A DNA stretch of 64,000 bases from Candidatus Moraniibacteriota bacterium. Its GTDB lineage: Bacteria > Patescibacteriota > Minisyncoccia > Moranbacterales > GCA-2747515. Positions 39,059 to 51,161 of the stretch are shown here, piece by piece (position 1 is the first letter of the stretch; each line of letters begins with the position of its first letter). The notes beneath the pieces were generated by a model, which searched no databases, was not told the DNA's origin, and saw only the letters and a list, made by a program, of their open reading frames with translations. Both the position numbers and the translations under genes were made by a program. The DNA lies in assembly GCA_027031495.1 (NCBI GenBank), contig JALVQA010000006.1:16952-80951 (forward strand). Reading direction: 5' to 3'.

Positions 39059-40030
39059 ATGTTTCTAACACTTTTTTGGATTGTTGCCCTTATCTTTTCG
39101 CTGGCACTTCTTGTAAAATCTGCTGATCTCTTCTCTGCTGCTGCCGAAAAAATCGGTCTTGCTTTTGGTCTATCCAGTTTTATCGTTGGCGCTACGATTG
39201 TATCTGTTGGTAGTTCATTGCCGGAAATTGCAACAGCCATCATAACGGTACTTTCAGATGACAGCGCACTGAACGCATTTGCTGTAGATACCATCATAGG
39301 ATCAAATATCGCAAATTGTCTACTTGTTGGAGGTATTTCTGCTATAGCAGTCGGGACGTTAAAAATAAAGGAACAACTTATTGATATTGATCTGCCGTTT
39401 TTCTTCATGTCGAGCGCCATATTCATGCTCTTTATCATGGATGGTTCATTTACATGGCAGGAGGGAATTGTGAGTATTGTATTTCTTGCCATCTTTGTTC
39501 TCTATACAGTTTTTAATAGCGGTAATGATGTTGATGAAGAGGTAAGCAGTACAAAAAAGGATAACAAAGACAAGAAGCGTTTATCATTGATGACGCCCTT
39601 TTTTCTTCTCTGTGTCGGTGCGACTGGCATCTATTTTGGTGCAGATTGGACTATCACATCTGTTAAAGAGGTTGCTGTAATTTTCGGCATTCCTACGTCA
39701 ATTGTTACGATGATTGTTGTGGCAATCGGTACGTCTTTACCGGAACTTATTATTTCTGTGCAGGCAGCGCTTAGAGGAAAGCATTCCATTGCACTTGGCA
39801 ATATTTTCGGCTCCAATACATTTAACGCACTGGCCGTTTCTGGTGTCCCATCGTTCTTTGGTGTACTCACGGTTTCAGATGTGGCAATGAAAGTTGGTAT
39901 GCCACTCTTTGTTGTTTCGACGCTTGCCTTTATTTTTACAACATCGGATGACAAAATTCAAAAATGGGAAGGGTATGCGCTGATTGTATTGTATTGCGTA
40001 TTTGTCGGCAAGTTAGTTGGCTTCTTCTAG
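39059..40030 (+). CDS. Ca2+/Na+ antiporter (YrbG family)
   Basis: Duplicated GSSLPE/GTSLPE and GSN alpha repeats. Confidence 0.92.
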   Translation: MFLTLFWIVALIFSLALLVKSADLFSAAAEKIGLAFGLSSFIVGATIVSVGSSLPEIATAIITVLSDDSALNAFAVDTIIGSNIANCLLVGGISAIAVGTLKIKEQLIDIDLPFFFMSSAIFMLFIMDGSFTWQEGIVSIVFLAIFVLYTVFNSGNDVDEEVSSTKKDNKDKKRLSLMTPFFLLCVGATGIYFGADWTITSVKEVAVIFGIPTSIVTMIVVAIGTSLPELIISVQAALRGKHSIALGNIFGSNTFNALAVSGVPSFFGVLTVSDVAMKVGMPLFVVSTLAFIFTTSDDKIQKWEGYALIVLYCVFVGKLVGFF

Positions 40031-40081
40031 ACAAATCAGTCGTTTAGTGACATTATAAACATAAGACAAAAAGAGAAATGT

Positions 40082-40351
40082 ATGCAAAATGATAATAGAA
40101 ATATTTTACAAAAAAAACGTCAACAGTTAGAATATCGTCGGCGCATTGCTATAGTTGATGCTGATCTGCGAAAAATGAAGAGAGAGCGGCAGACACATGC
40201 TATAAACTTGCGTCGTCTCAAGACGAAGCGTGACCAAATTGATGCACAGATTAGAGATGTGGAGCGTGAGATAGAGAAGCTTGATGGTACTATACGCTTA
40301 CTTGCAAATGAACTAAAGACACAAAAGAAGCGTCTTGACCGTATTTCATAA
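40082..40351 (+). CDS. Small coiled-coil hypothetical protein
   Basis: Heptad-rich 89-aa ORF co-oriented with alaS. Confidence 0.6.
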   Translation: MQNDNRNILQKKRQQLEYRRRIAIVDADLRKMKRERQTHAINLRRLKTKRDQIDAQIRDVEREIEKLDGTIRLLANELKTQKKRLDRIS

Positions 40352-40362
40352 ATTAGAAACGT

Positions 40363-40599
40363 ATGACAAAGTTTGCTCCAAAGGTTATTAATTACGTAAA
40401 AAAAACATATCCAGGTGTGCTTGGCAGCACAAGTCTTTCAAACTTGAATAGCACGCTCTATCGTTTGCACCGACAAGAAAATGTTACCGTGCGTGATGTC
40501 ATGACGCTTGTTGAGCGCAAGTTTGCGTCGGCTGGAAAGTACTTGTCAATAGCGGAGCGTAAGGCGTTTGAGAAAGAACTTGAAAAAATACTGCGATAG
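40363..40599 (+). CDS. Small hypothetical protein
   Basis: 78-aa ORF with tight spacing. Confidence 0.55.
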   Translation: MTKFAPKVINYVKKTYPGVLGSTSLSNLNSTLYRLHRQENVTVRDVMTLVERKFASAGKYLSIAERKAFEKELEKILR

Positions 40600-40638
40600 A
40601 AGTTGAGTTGATGTATTATTTCTAGGATAGGAACGTTT

Positions 40639-42537
40639 ATGAATACACACGATATTCGTGCAAGGTATCTTGCATTTTGTAAGAAAAATGGTCATGCACT
40701 CATGCCATCAGCATCGTTGCGACCGGAAAATGATCCAACGACACTCTTTACGAGTAGTGGTATGCAACCGCTTGTGCCGTATCTTATGGGTCAAAAACAC
40801 TCTCTCGGCACACGTCTGGCAAATAGTCAGCGTTGTTTCCGGGCGGAGGATATAGACGATGTTGGTGATAATCGGCACACAACGTTTTTTGAAATGCTCG
40901 GTAATTGGTCGCTGGGTGATTATTTTAAGAAAGAGCAGTTGCCGTGGATTTTCCATTTTCTTGTTGATGAGGTTGGACTTGATCCATCACGACTTTATGT
41001 GACGTGTTTTAGTGGCGACGATACCATGGATATTCCGCGCGACGAGGAGTCTGCGGCTATATGGAAAGGGTTATTTGCTACCAAAGGCATTGACGCACCC
41101 ATTGTAGATATTGGCACAGAAGAAGATGGTGCGCGCAATGGCATGCGCAATGGTCGCATTTTTTACTACACTGCAGCAAAAAACTGGTGGAGTCGCGCCG
41201 GCGTACCGGAGGATATGCCAACGGGCGAAATTGGAGGGCCGGATAGTGAGATTTTTTATGATTTTGGCACGCCACATGATTCCAAGTATGGACAACAGTG
41301 TCATCCAAATTGTGACTGTGGCCGCTTTATGGAGATTGGCAACAGTGTCTTTATAGAGTACATCAAGAATGATGACGGTACATTTGCGCGCCTGTCACAG
41401 CGTAATGTTGATTTTGGAGGCGGATTGGAACGTATTGCGGCAGCATCCATTGATACGCCTGATATCTTTGCGCTTGATATCTTTGCGCCAATGATTGCGG
41501 CGCTTGAGAAGGAAAGTGGCAAAAAGTATACGGATGCATCATATGTGGAGGCATTTCGCGTTATTGCCGACCACGTGCGTGGTAGCGTATTTATGATTGC
41601 TGATGGTATTATGCCGTCAAATAAGGAGCAGGGTTACATTTTGCGTAAACTCTTGCGGCGGGCCGTGCTGTATAGCGATCGTCTTGGTATTACGCGTGGT
41701 CGTCTTGGTATGCTTGCCGAGTACAGCGTGCGCGCTTATGAAGATGTGTTTGATGATGTGCGTAAAAAGCGAGAAGATATTGTTTCCGTTATTTCTGAGG
41801 AAGAGAAAAAGTTTCGGCGTGCGCTTACAAAAGGGTTAAAAGAATTTGAAAAAATTGTGCAGCGTACAGAGAAAGAAATTAGTGGACATGATGCGTTTAT
41901 TCTCTTTACAACATATGGCTTTCCATACGAACTTACCGAAGAACTTGCGAAGGAGCGAGGTTTAACCATTCATCGTAAAGATTTTGAAAAAGAATTCAAG
42001 GAACATCAAAAGCTATCGCAATCTGCAAGTGAGCAAAAGTTCAAAGGTGGTCTTGCTGATCATAGTGCAATTACAACAGCGTTTCACACTGCAACGCACT
42101 TGATGCTTGCCGGTTTGCGCAAAGAGCTTGGTTCGCACGTGCACCAGGCCGGTTCAAATATTACAGCTGAGCGGACGCGTTTTGACTTTACACACCAAGA
42201 AAAAGTGCCGCGTGATGTACTTGATCGTGTTGAGCGCTATGTTAATGATGTGATTGCCGCTGATGCAAAGGTGATTGTTGAGGAGATAGATAAAGATGTT
42301 GCTCGTGCTGATGAGAGTATAGAGGGTAGTTTTTGGCACAAATATCCAGAACGTGTTACTGTCTATACTGTGCGCAGTGACGATGGAACTGTTTGGTCGC
42401 GTGAACTGTGCGGTGGACCACATGTCACACATACGGGAGAGATTGCACGTTATGGACGTTTTGCTATCACAAAGGAAAAATCTTCCAGTGCCGGTGTGCG
42501 TCGTGTAAAGGCTGTTTTTGTGCCGGTGCAAGAATAA
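40639..42537 (+). CDS. alaS: Alanine--tRNA ligase (short form lacking C-Ala)
   Basis: LFTSSGMQ, HTTFFEMLGNWS, GGGLER, HTATH, ELCGGPH. Confidence 0.95.
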   Translation: MNTHDIRARYLAFCKKNGHALMPSASLRPENDPTTLFTSSGMQPLVPYLMGQKHSLGTRLANSQRCFRAEDIDDVGDNRHTTFFEMLGNWSLGDYFKKEQLPWIFHFLVDEVGLDPSRLYVTCFSGDDTMDIPRDEESAAIWKGLFATKGIDAPIVDIGTEEDGARNGMRNGRIFYYTAAKNWWSRAGVPEDMPTGEIGGPDSEIFYDFGTPHDSKYGQQCHPNCDCGRFMEIGNSVFIEYIKNDDGTFARLSQRNVDFGGGLERIAAASIDTPDIFALDIFAPMIAALEKESGKKYTDASYVEAFRVIADHVRGSVFMIADGIMPSNKEQGYILRKLLRRAVLYSDRLGITRGRLGMLAEYSVRAYEDVFDDVRKKREDIVSVISEEEKKFRRALTKGLKEFEKIVQRTEKEISGHDAFILFTTYGFPYELTEELAKERGLTIHRKDFEKEFKEHQKLSQSASEQKFKGGLADHSAITTAFHTATHLMLAGLRKELGSHVHQAGSNITAERTRFDFTHQEKVPRDVLDRVERYVNDVIAADAKVIVEEIDKDVARADESIEGSFWHKYPERVTVYTVRSDDGTVWSRELCGGPHVTHTGEIARYGRFAITKEKSSSAGVRRVKAVFVPVQE

Positions 42538-42559
42538 CTGCATTTGTTAAGAAAAATAT

Positions 42560-44083
42560 ATGAGTAAAAAAAGAGAAGCGCAGACGGAAAATACGGGAGT
42601 TGTCAGTGAATACAGAGACCGTTGCGCAAAAGTTGCGCGTTTGCTAGAGATCGGCATTGATCCGTATCCACCAGATGTGCATCGTACGCATACTATAGAG
42701 CAGGCACTTGCACATTTTGAGGCGCTTGCATGCGATGATGTACATGATGATGCATGCGATGATACACATCGCATTACACTTGCTGGGCGTCTGCGTTCAA
42801 AAAGACAGCATGGCAATCTGACATTTGCTGACCTTGAAGATGCAACCGGCACAATACAAGTTGCACTTTCCAAGAAAGACGTCGGCGCTGATGCATATAA
42901 AACCTTTGTTAAATTAGTTGACCAGAGTGATTTTGTAGAGGTTACCGGTACACTGTTTACTACAAAGGTGGGCGTGCGTTCACTTAAAGCGCATACGTGG
43001 CGACTCTTGGCTAAAGCATTACGTAGTGTGCCAACGCAACATTTTGGTCTTGCTGACGAAGAGGAGCGCTTGCGCAAACGCTATCTTGATATTCTTGTTA
43101 ATAAAGATATTGCTGACATGATTCGGAAGCGCTCGCAGTTTTGGCAAACAATCCGCTCTTTTCTTTTGGAGCGTGGCTTTATTGAGGTGGAAACGCCTGT
43201 GCTGGAAAATACGACCGGTGGTGCTGATGCGCGTCCATTTGTGACACATCACAATGCGCTGGATATTGACGTCTATCTACGCATCTCTGCCGGAGAACTG
43301 TGGCAAAAAAAGTTGATGGTTGCCGGCTTGGAGCGTACCTTTGAGATTGGACGCATTTTTCGCAACGAGGGTGTCTCAAAAGAACATTTACAAGATTACA
43401 CGCAAGTGGAGTACTACATGGCATATGCTGATTATCGCGATGGCATGGCAATGACACAAGAGTTGTACAGACGTATTGCGCAGGACGTGTGGGGAACGTT
43501 GCGTTTTGATATTCACGGTCACATAGTTGATTTTAGCAAAGAGCAGTGGAAGGAAATTGATTTTTGCAAAGCGATCAAGGAGCGTTTTGGCATTGACCCA
43601 CTCAACACGACGTCGGATGCTGTACGTGCCGCTCTTGAAGAGTATGCTATTGACTACGAAGAAGATGGTTTTAATGTTTCGCGTGGTGTTGATACGCTAT
43701 GGAAATCTTTGCGCAAGGAAATTGCCGGCCCCGCATTTTTGGTTGGTGTGCCGGTTTATCTTGAGCCGCTCGCAAAGCGCTCTCGGGACAATGCACAAGT
43801 TGTAGAGCGTTTTCAAGTCCTCATTGCCGGCAGTGAGGTTGGCAAAGGTTTCAGTGAACTCAATGATCCGCAAGATCAGCGTGAGCGTTTTTTGGCACAA
43901 CAAGCGCTACGAGATGCTGGTGATGATGAGGCACATATGGCGGATATGGAGTACGTTGAAGCACTGGAGTATGGTATGCCACCAACATTTGGTTTTGGTG
44001 TTTCGGAGCGTCTCTTTGGCTTTTTAATGAATAAGCCATTGCGAGAAACGCAGATTTTTCCGCTGATGCGCCCGAAGGAATAG
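42560..44083 (+). CDS. lysS: Lysine--tRNA ligase (class II)
   Basis: GGADARPF, YLRIS, FRNEG, ELNDP, YGMPPT. Confidence 0.97.
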   Translation: MSKKREAQTENTGVVSEYRDRCAKVARLLEIGIDPYPPDVHRTHTIEQALAHFEALACDDVHDDACDDTHRITLAGRLRSKRQHGNLTFADLEDATGTIQVALSKKDVGADAYKTFVKLVDQSDFVEVTGTLFTTKVGVRSLKAHTWRLLAKALRSVPTQHFGLADEEERLRKRYLDILVNKDIADMIRKRSQFWQTIRSFLLERGFIEVETPVLENTTGGADARPFVTHHNALDIDVYLRISAGELWQKKLMVAGLERTFEIGRIFRNEGVSKEHLQDYTQVEYYMAYADYRDGMAMTQELYRRIAQDVWGTLRFDIHGHIVDFSKEQWKEIDFCKAIKERFGIDPLNTTSDAVRAALEEYAIDYEEDGFNVSRGVDTLWKSLRKEIAGPAFLVGVPVYLEPLAKRSRDNAQVVERFQVLIAGSEVGKGFSELNDPQDQRERFLAQQALRDAGDDEAHMADMEYVEALEYGMPPTFGFGVSERLFGFLMNKPLRETQIFPLMRPKE

Positions 44084-44174
44084 TTGAGATGTAAAATTTT
44101 GGGTACACCAAAGTAATAATATATGATATTATACAAAAACATGAAAAAGGTAATTTGAGCTAACAAAAAGCGAT

Positions 44175-44981
44175 ATGATAAAGAAGTTAAGAAAAAGGAA
44201 ACATACAGAAAAGGAGAATGTGAAAGAAGGAAACAAAGAGTATGTAAAAGAAAATGATGCGTGTTCTGAGAAGGAATGCGCGCGCGTAGATACGTGCTGT
44301 TGTACATCAAAACGTGTTGTTGCTTATCGTGATGAGCGGTTTCTCTTTGGTTTTGTAAGTGGTCTTGCGATTGCAGCGATTGCCGGTTTCATTATTCTTT
44401 CAAATACTGTTGCAAATACTGGCACAAAGGAACCGCGCCTGGCGGTAGAAATAACAAAAGAAGATTGGACATACGGCAATCCTGATGCAAAGGTTGCAAT
44501 TGTGGAGTTTTCTGATATAGAGTGTCCATACTGCAAAAGTTTCTATAAGACCCTAAAAGAAATTGTTGATAATTCTGACGGCAAGATTAAATGGGTTTAT
44601 AGACATGCACCACTTGACAGTTTACATCCAAATGCGCGTCTTAAAGCACATGTTATTGAATGTATCGGCGCACAGGGTGGTAATGATACGTTCTGGACAG
44701 CACTTGATGACATCATTTTAAACAAGGTTGAACTTGCAACAATGGACGACTTTGATGCGTTTATAAAGAAACTTGGTGCTGACAACGAGAAGTTCAAGAC
44801 GTGTATGGAGAGTGGTCTCTATGCTGTAAAGATTCAAGAACACCTTGAAGAATCGCAAAAACTCGGTATGAAGGGCACACCTTTCTCCGTGATTGTTGCA
44901 GGAAAGAAGACAGTTCCTATCCCGGGCGCACTGAAGAAAGAGCAGGTCATGTCACTAATTAATCCGTTCCTCAAGAAATAG
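44175..44981 (+). CDS. DsbA-family thiol-disulfide oxidoreductase
   Basis: EFSDIECPYC, YRHAPL..HP, GTP; N-terminal TM. Confidence 0.9.
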   Translation: MIKKLRKRKHTEKENVKEGNKEYVKENDACSEKECARVDTCCCTSKRVVAYRDERFLFGFVSGLAIAAIAGFIILSNTVANTGTKEPRLAVEITKEDWTYGNPDAKVAIVEFSDIECPYCKSFYKTLKEIVDNSDGKIKWVYRHAPLDSLHPNARLKAHVIECIGAQGGNDTFWTALDDIILNKVELATMDDFDAFIKKLGADNEKFKTCMESGLYAVKIQEHLEESQKLGMKGTPFSVIVAGKKTVPIPGALKKEQVMSLINPFLKK

Positions 44982-44984
44982 GGT

Positions 44985-45548
44985 GTGATGATACGTGTTA
45001 TTGTAGAAACGATACGTACTACTCGTTACGGTCTTGTCAGCTTTGGTGTTGCACTTGTCTTTGCTCTTGTGGTTATTACTATGCCGCAGTGGGCAACGCT
45101 CTCTACAATTTTTGGCATTGACAGTTATAGTTTTAGTGAGAAAGTTGCGGTGGGCACTTCGCTTATTGTGGGCTCGCTAACAGCGCAGCACAGTACGCTT
45201 GATATTTTTGCACTTGCGGTTCTTGCTCTTCTTACTGCTGTTGCGCTTGCTCTTACTTTGCGTGACATGCATGAGCGTATAGCGGTAGGACGTATGACGG
45301 GTCTTGGACTGATTGGCGCATTTATTGGTGCACTCGGCATTGGGTGCAGTGCGTGTGGTGCGGCATTTCTTGCGAGTATTGTTGGTGTCTCTGGTGCTGC
45401 GTGGATTGTGAGCACGTTACCGTTTCATGGCGTGGAACTTACTCTTGGTGGCATTGTTCTTCTTCTCATTGCAATTTACATGCTTGCCAAGAAGCTTCGC
45501 GCGCCACGTACATGTAATACGCGTAAAAGAAAACCAGATAAAATGTAA
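44985..45548 (+). CDS. Membrane protein with CxxC motif
   Basis: GIGCSACG between TM segments, LPFHG; 3 nt after dsbA-like gene. Confidence 0.7.
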   Translation: MMIRVIVETIRTTRYGLVSFGVALVFALVVITMPQWATLSTIFGIDSYSFSEKVAVGTSLIVGSLTAQHSTLDIFALAVLALLTAVALALTLRDMHERIAVGRMTGLGLIGAFIGALGIGCSACGAAFLASIVGVSGAAWIVSTLPFHGVELTLGGIVLLLIAIYMLAKKLRAPRTCNTRKRKPDKM

Positions 45549-45552
45549 AAAT

Positions 45553-46278
45553 ATGAAAGGTATTATTCTCTCTGGTGGTAGCGGCACACGTCTGCGCCCC
45601 TTAACAAAAATGACATCAAAGCAGCTGTTGCCTGTATACAATCGTCCCATGATTTACTATCCACTCAACACATTGTTGCGTGCCGGTATTACTGATATTC
45701 TTATTATCATTGCACCAGAACATGCTGGTAATTATCTCAATCTTCTCGGATCGGGAAAAGAATTTGGCGCTCGCTTTACGTACGAGATTCAGGATGAACC
45801 GCGTGGGTTGGCGGAAGCGTTTATCATCGGAGAGTCGTTTTTGGATGAAGAGAATGTTGCAATGATTTTGGGCGATAATATCTTTGAGGATGATTTTACG
45901 GAAGATATTAAGAGCTTTCGTAGTGGTGGTCGTATCTTTGCAAAGCAAGTGCCTGATCCGGAGCGCTTTGGTGTTGTGACGTTTGACAAAGAGAATAGAG
46001 TAACTTCTATTGAGGAAAAACCGCAGAATCCACAGAGTAATTATGCAATTCCCGGGCTCTACATTTTTGATGGTCGCGCTGCACAGATTGCGCGATCAGT
46101 GCAGCCAAGTGCACGCGGAGAGTTAGAGATCACAGAAATGCATAATTATTACCTGCAGAGAGGAGAATTGGATGTACGAACATTTGACGGCGCGTGGGTT
46201 GATGCTGGTACATTTGACTCTTTGCTCAATGCGCAATTCTTGGCAAAAGAAAAATTGCAAGATAAGATGATAATTTAG
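45553..46278 (+). CDS. rmlA: Glucose-1-phosphate thymidylyltransferase (short form)
   Basis: MKGIILSGGSGTRLRP, KQLLPVY, EEKP, RGELEIT. Confidence 0.9.
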   Translation: MKGIILSGGSGTRLRPLTKMTSKQLLPVYNRPMIYYPLNTLLRAGITDILIIIAPEHAGNYLNLLGSGKEFGARFTYEIQDEPRGLAEAFIIGESFLDEENVAMILGDNIFEDDFTEDIKSFRSGGRIFAKQVPDPERFGVVTFDKENRVTSIEEKPQNPQSNYAIPGLYIFDGRAAQIARSVQPSARGELEITEMHNYYLQRGELDVRTFDGAWVDAGTFDSLLNAQFLAKEKLQDKMII

Positions 46279-46285
46279 AATATTT

Positions 46286-47164
46286 ATGGCACGGAAAATC
46301 AGAAAAGCTATTATGCCGGTTGCCGGTTTTGGGACACGCTTTTTGCCGGCAACAAAAAGTCAGCCAAAGGAAATGTTGCCGGTTGTTGATCGTCCAGTTA
46401 TTCAGTATCTCGTGGAGGAAGCTGTTGCGAGTGGTATTGAAGAAATTGTCTTTGTAACGGGACGCGGCAAACGTGCAATTGAAGACCATTTTGATGTATC
46501 GTACGAACTCGAGGAAACGCTTGTTGAAAAAAATAAACAAGACCTCCTTAAAGAAGTGCAGAAAATTGCGCACCTTGCAAAATTTTCATATGTACGTCAG
46601 TCACTGCCACTTGGTGATGGGCATGCCATTTTGCAAGCGGCGCATCTTGTTGGTGACGAGCCGGTACTTGTTCTTTTTGGTGACTGTATTTACGACAGTA
46701 AAGTGCCGGCAGCAAAACAGATTATTGAAACGTACCATCGGCATAAAGGAAGTATCATCGGTACAGCAACTGTGCCACTGGAAGAAGTCTCGCAATTTGG
46801 CGTTGTAGCAGGGGAGCGTATCGATAAGCGTACTGTCAAGATGACACATATGGTGGAGAAACCGGCACCGGAAGATGCGCCGTCACAATCTGTTGCTGTG
46901 GGGAAGTACATTGTTACACCCGAGATTTTTGCAATTTTAAGCACAATGAAAAGCGGGGCGTCCGGCGAGATTCGTCTTGCTGATGCGTTTGAAATCGCTC
47001 TCAAAAAAGGACATGAAATTTATGCATATGACTTTGATGGTATATGGCTTGATACGGGTGATAAATTTAACTTTTTGCGCGCAACAATTCATCTCGGTCT
47101 AAAACATCCGAAAATTAAGAAAAAGTTGACGGCGTACATAAAGGAGATTGCAAAAAATCTTTAG
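46286..47164 (+). CDS. galU: UTP--glucose-1-phosphate uridylyltransferase
   Basis: PVAGFGTRFLPATK..PKEMLP, LGDGHA, VEKP. Confidence 0.92.
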   Translation: MARKIRKAIMPVAGFGTRFLPATKSQPKEMLPVVDRPVIQYLVEEAVASGIEEIVFVTGRGKRAIEDHFDVSYELEETLVEKNKQDLLKEVQKIAHLAKFSYVRQSLPLGDGHAILQAAHLVGDEPVLVLFGDCIYDSKVPAAKQIIETYHRHKGSIIGTATVPLEEVSQFGVVAGERIDKRTVKMTHMVEKPAPEDAPSQSVAVGKYIVTPEIFAILSTMKSGASGEIRLADAFEIALKKGHEIYAYDFDGIWLDTGDKFNFLRATIHLGLKHPKIKKKLTAYIKEIAKNL

Positions 47165-47184
47165 GCGAGATAATCTTTTGAAAC

Positions 47185-47874
47185 ATGTACTGGGTTGCAC
47201 TTATCTTTTTTGTGGTAGGGGTGCTGATGCCTGAAATTATTCAGCATGATTACTTTGTTTTTCGTGAGGAAGAAGTGGAAATCATGGCACTTATTATTTG
47301 CAACGGCATGCTCTTTTTCGTGTATTTGTGGACTGATCGCGCCCTGCGCGCTCTCCGCGTTAATACGCGTACGGTGCTGCGTGAGGCGCGCACGGTCACA
47401 AAGGATCTTAGTAGTGCCTATAATTACATTGGTGAAATGAATCGCAAAGTTGATATTGTTGAGCATTTTGTTACCGCTGTGGTGTGCGATGACAGCATCA
47501 AGATTGACAACACTAAAGTGTGCACCATGTTAAGTGAAACCGTGCAACAAATTATGCGACGTGGTTCGTGTCATGTTTATTGTATTAATAAAGCGAGCGG
47601 ACACATTATATGCTCACCGCATACATTACGACTAACAAAAACACAATGCGATGCTCTCAAAGTTGGCAATGTGAATGTGCTGCGTGCTGTCATTAGTGAA
47701 AGTGCGAAAAGTGATATGCGTATTATTTACAGCAAACAAACATCATCGCATGCAGTCATTGTCGTTATAGGTGGTATGAAGGAATATCCATCACACAATA
47801 GCGAACTTATAGAGATAGCGGTAGCGGTTGCGCTAAGTGCTTTAAAATGTGATACTATAAAGAGTAAGGCATAG
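47185..47874 (+). CDS. Hypothetical membrane protein with coiled coil and GAF-like tail
   Basis: Two N-terminal TM segments; YNYIGEMNRK. Confidence 0.6.
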   Translation: MYWVALIFFVVGVLMPEIIQHDYFVFREEEVEIMALIICNGMLFFVYLWTDRALRALRVNTRTVLREARTVTKDLSSAYNYIGEMNRKVDIVEHFVTAVVCDDSIKIDNTKVCTMLSETVQQIMRRGSCHVYCINKASGHIICSPHTLRLTKTQCDALKVGNVNVLRAVISESAKSDMRIIYSKQTSSHAVIVVIGGMKEYPSHNSELIEIAVAVALSALKCDTIKSKA

Positions 47875-47912
47875 CGTACGAAAAAAATGCTAAATAAATT
47901 AACGAAAAACAT

Positions 47913-48227
47913 ATGACGGAACAAGAACGTACACAGAGTACGCGAGATGATTGGCGTGAAGTTGCTTTTTCGCTGGTGGCGAATGCAATCAGACAATCAA
48001 GTGCAAACATTATCCATACAATCCGTGAGTATATTGATAAGGCGGTACATGCCGTCATCAAAAGTATTGTCATTACATTTCTTATGCTCGTCGGTGCCGT
48101 ATTTGTTCTCATCGGCGCTGCACAGCATGTTGGTACGTTGTTGGGTATGAGTGCATATGGCTACTATGTTGTTGGCGGTGTTGTGCTTATTGTTGCCGGC
48201 TTAATGCACTTTGCACGAAAGGAGTAG
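47913..48227 (+). CDS. Small two-TM membrane protein (YqjE/holin-like)
   Basis: Amphipathic helix then two TM segments; adjacent to ElaB-like gene. Confidence 0.6.
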   Translation: MTEQERTQSTRDDWREVAFSLVANAIRQSSANIIHTIREYIDKAVHAVIKSIVITFLMLVGAVFVLIGAAQHVGTLLGMSAYGYYVVGGVVLIVAGLMHFARKE

Positions 48228-48284
48228 TGATGTATAATAAAAGGGAGAGAATAATGTTATTATATTGGTAAAAAGTATACGATT

Positions 48285-48563
48285 ATGGATACAGAAAAAA
48301 AAGTGCAACAAGTTGTGAAAACTGCACAAAAACACGTTGATAAGGCGAAGGCGACTGCTGAAAGGGAGGCGCAAAAAGCTGCAAAAGCTGCAGAGCGTGA
48401 GATGGCGAAAGTGAAGAAGCAGTTGGCGCAGGTTGAGAAAAAGGCACTTGCGTATGTAAAGAGCAATCCACAAAAAGCAGCTGCGATTGCAGCAGGTATC
48501 GGCGCTGCTCTTGGTGCTGTGGCAGCCGCGCTTGTCACAAGTAAAACGAAGAAGAAAAAGTAG
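48285..48563 (+). CDS. DUF883/ElaB-YqjD-like tail-anchored protein
   Basis: Lys/Ala helix then YVKSNPQKAAAIAAGIGA. Confidence 0.7.
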   Translation: MDTEKKVQQVVKTAQKHVDKAKATAEREAQKAAKAAEREMAKVKKQLAQVEKKALAYVKSNPQKAAAIAAGIGAALGAVAAALVTSKTKKKK

Positions 48564-48579
48564 TTTTTTCTAAGTCTAT

Positions 48580-48611
48580 AAAAAAGGAGCGATGTAATGT
48601 CGCTCTTTTTT
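48580..48611 (+). terminator. Intrinsic terminator
   Basis: AAAAAGGAGCGA-tgtaatg-TCGCTCTTTTTT. Confidence 0.8.
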
Positions 48612-48690
48612 GTGGTGTTCGTGTCATAAGAATGTTATACTCTACTTAAAGAATGAGTTGATGTGTGTACGGCATTGAATTTTACTATAA

Positions 48691-50793
<2,103 letters not shown>

Positions 50794-50854
50794 ATTTGTG
50801 CGCGTGCCTTTTCTTTGGTATGATGAGTGTGTATTATTTATAATAGAAGAAATT

Positions 50855-51151
50855 ATGGCTGTAGAGTTGACAGAAGAAGAGGTGCGTCATGTTGCCTTTC
50901 TTGCGCGCGTTGGCGTCACAGATGAAGACGTTAAAAAATACCAAAAAGATCTTTCAAGCGTTCTTGCGTATTTTGATGAGCTCAATGCCGTCAATACAGA
51001 TAATGTTGAACCCATTGGGCATATAACGGGCATGACAAATGTTTTTCGTTCCGATAACGTGCATGACGTCGATGAAGATACGAAGAGGCGTATCATGGAA
51101 AATGTACCGGAAACAAAAGATGGTTATATCAAAGTAAAGAGTATTTTTTAG
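50855..51151 (+). CDS. gatC: Asp/Glu-tRNA amidotransferase subunit C
   Basis: EVRHVAFLAR..VNTDNVEP..GYIKV; start at 50855. Confidence 0.92.
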   Translation: MAVELTEEEVRHVAFLARVGVTDEDVKKYQKDLSSVLAYFDELNAVNTDNVEPIGHITGMTNVFRSDNVHDVDEDTKRRIMENVPETKDGYIKVKSIF

Positions 51152-51161
51152 GGCAAATACT

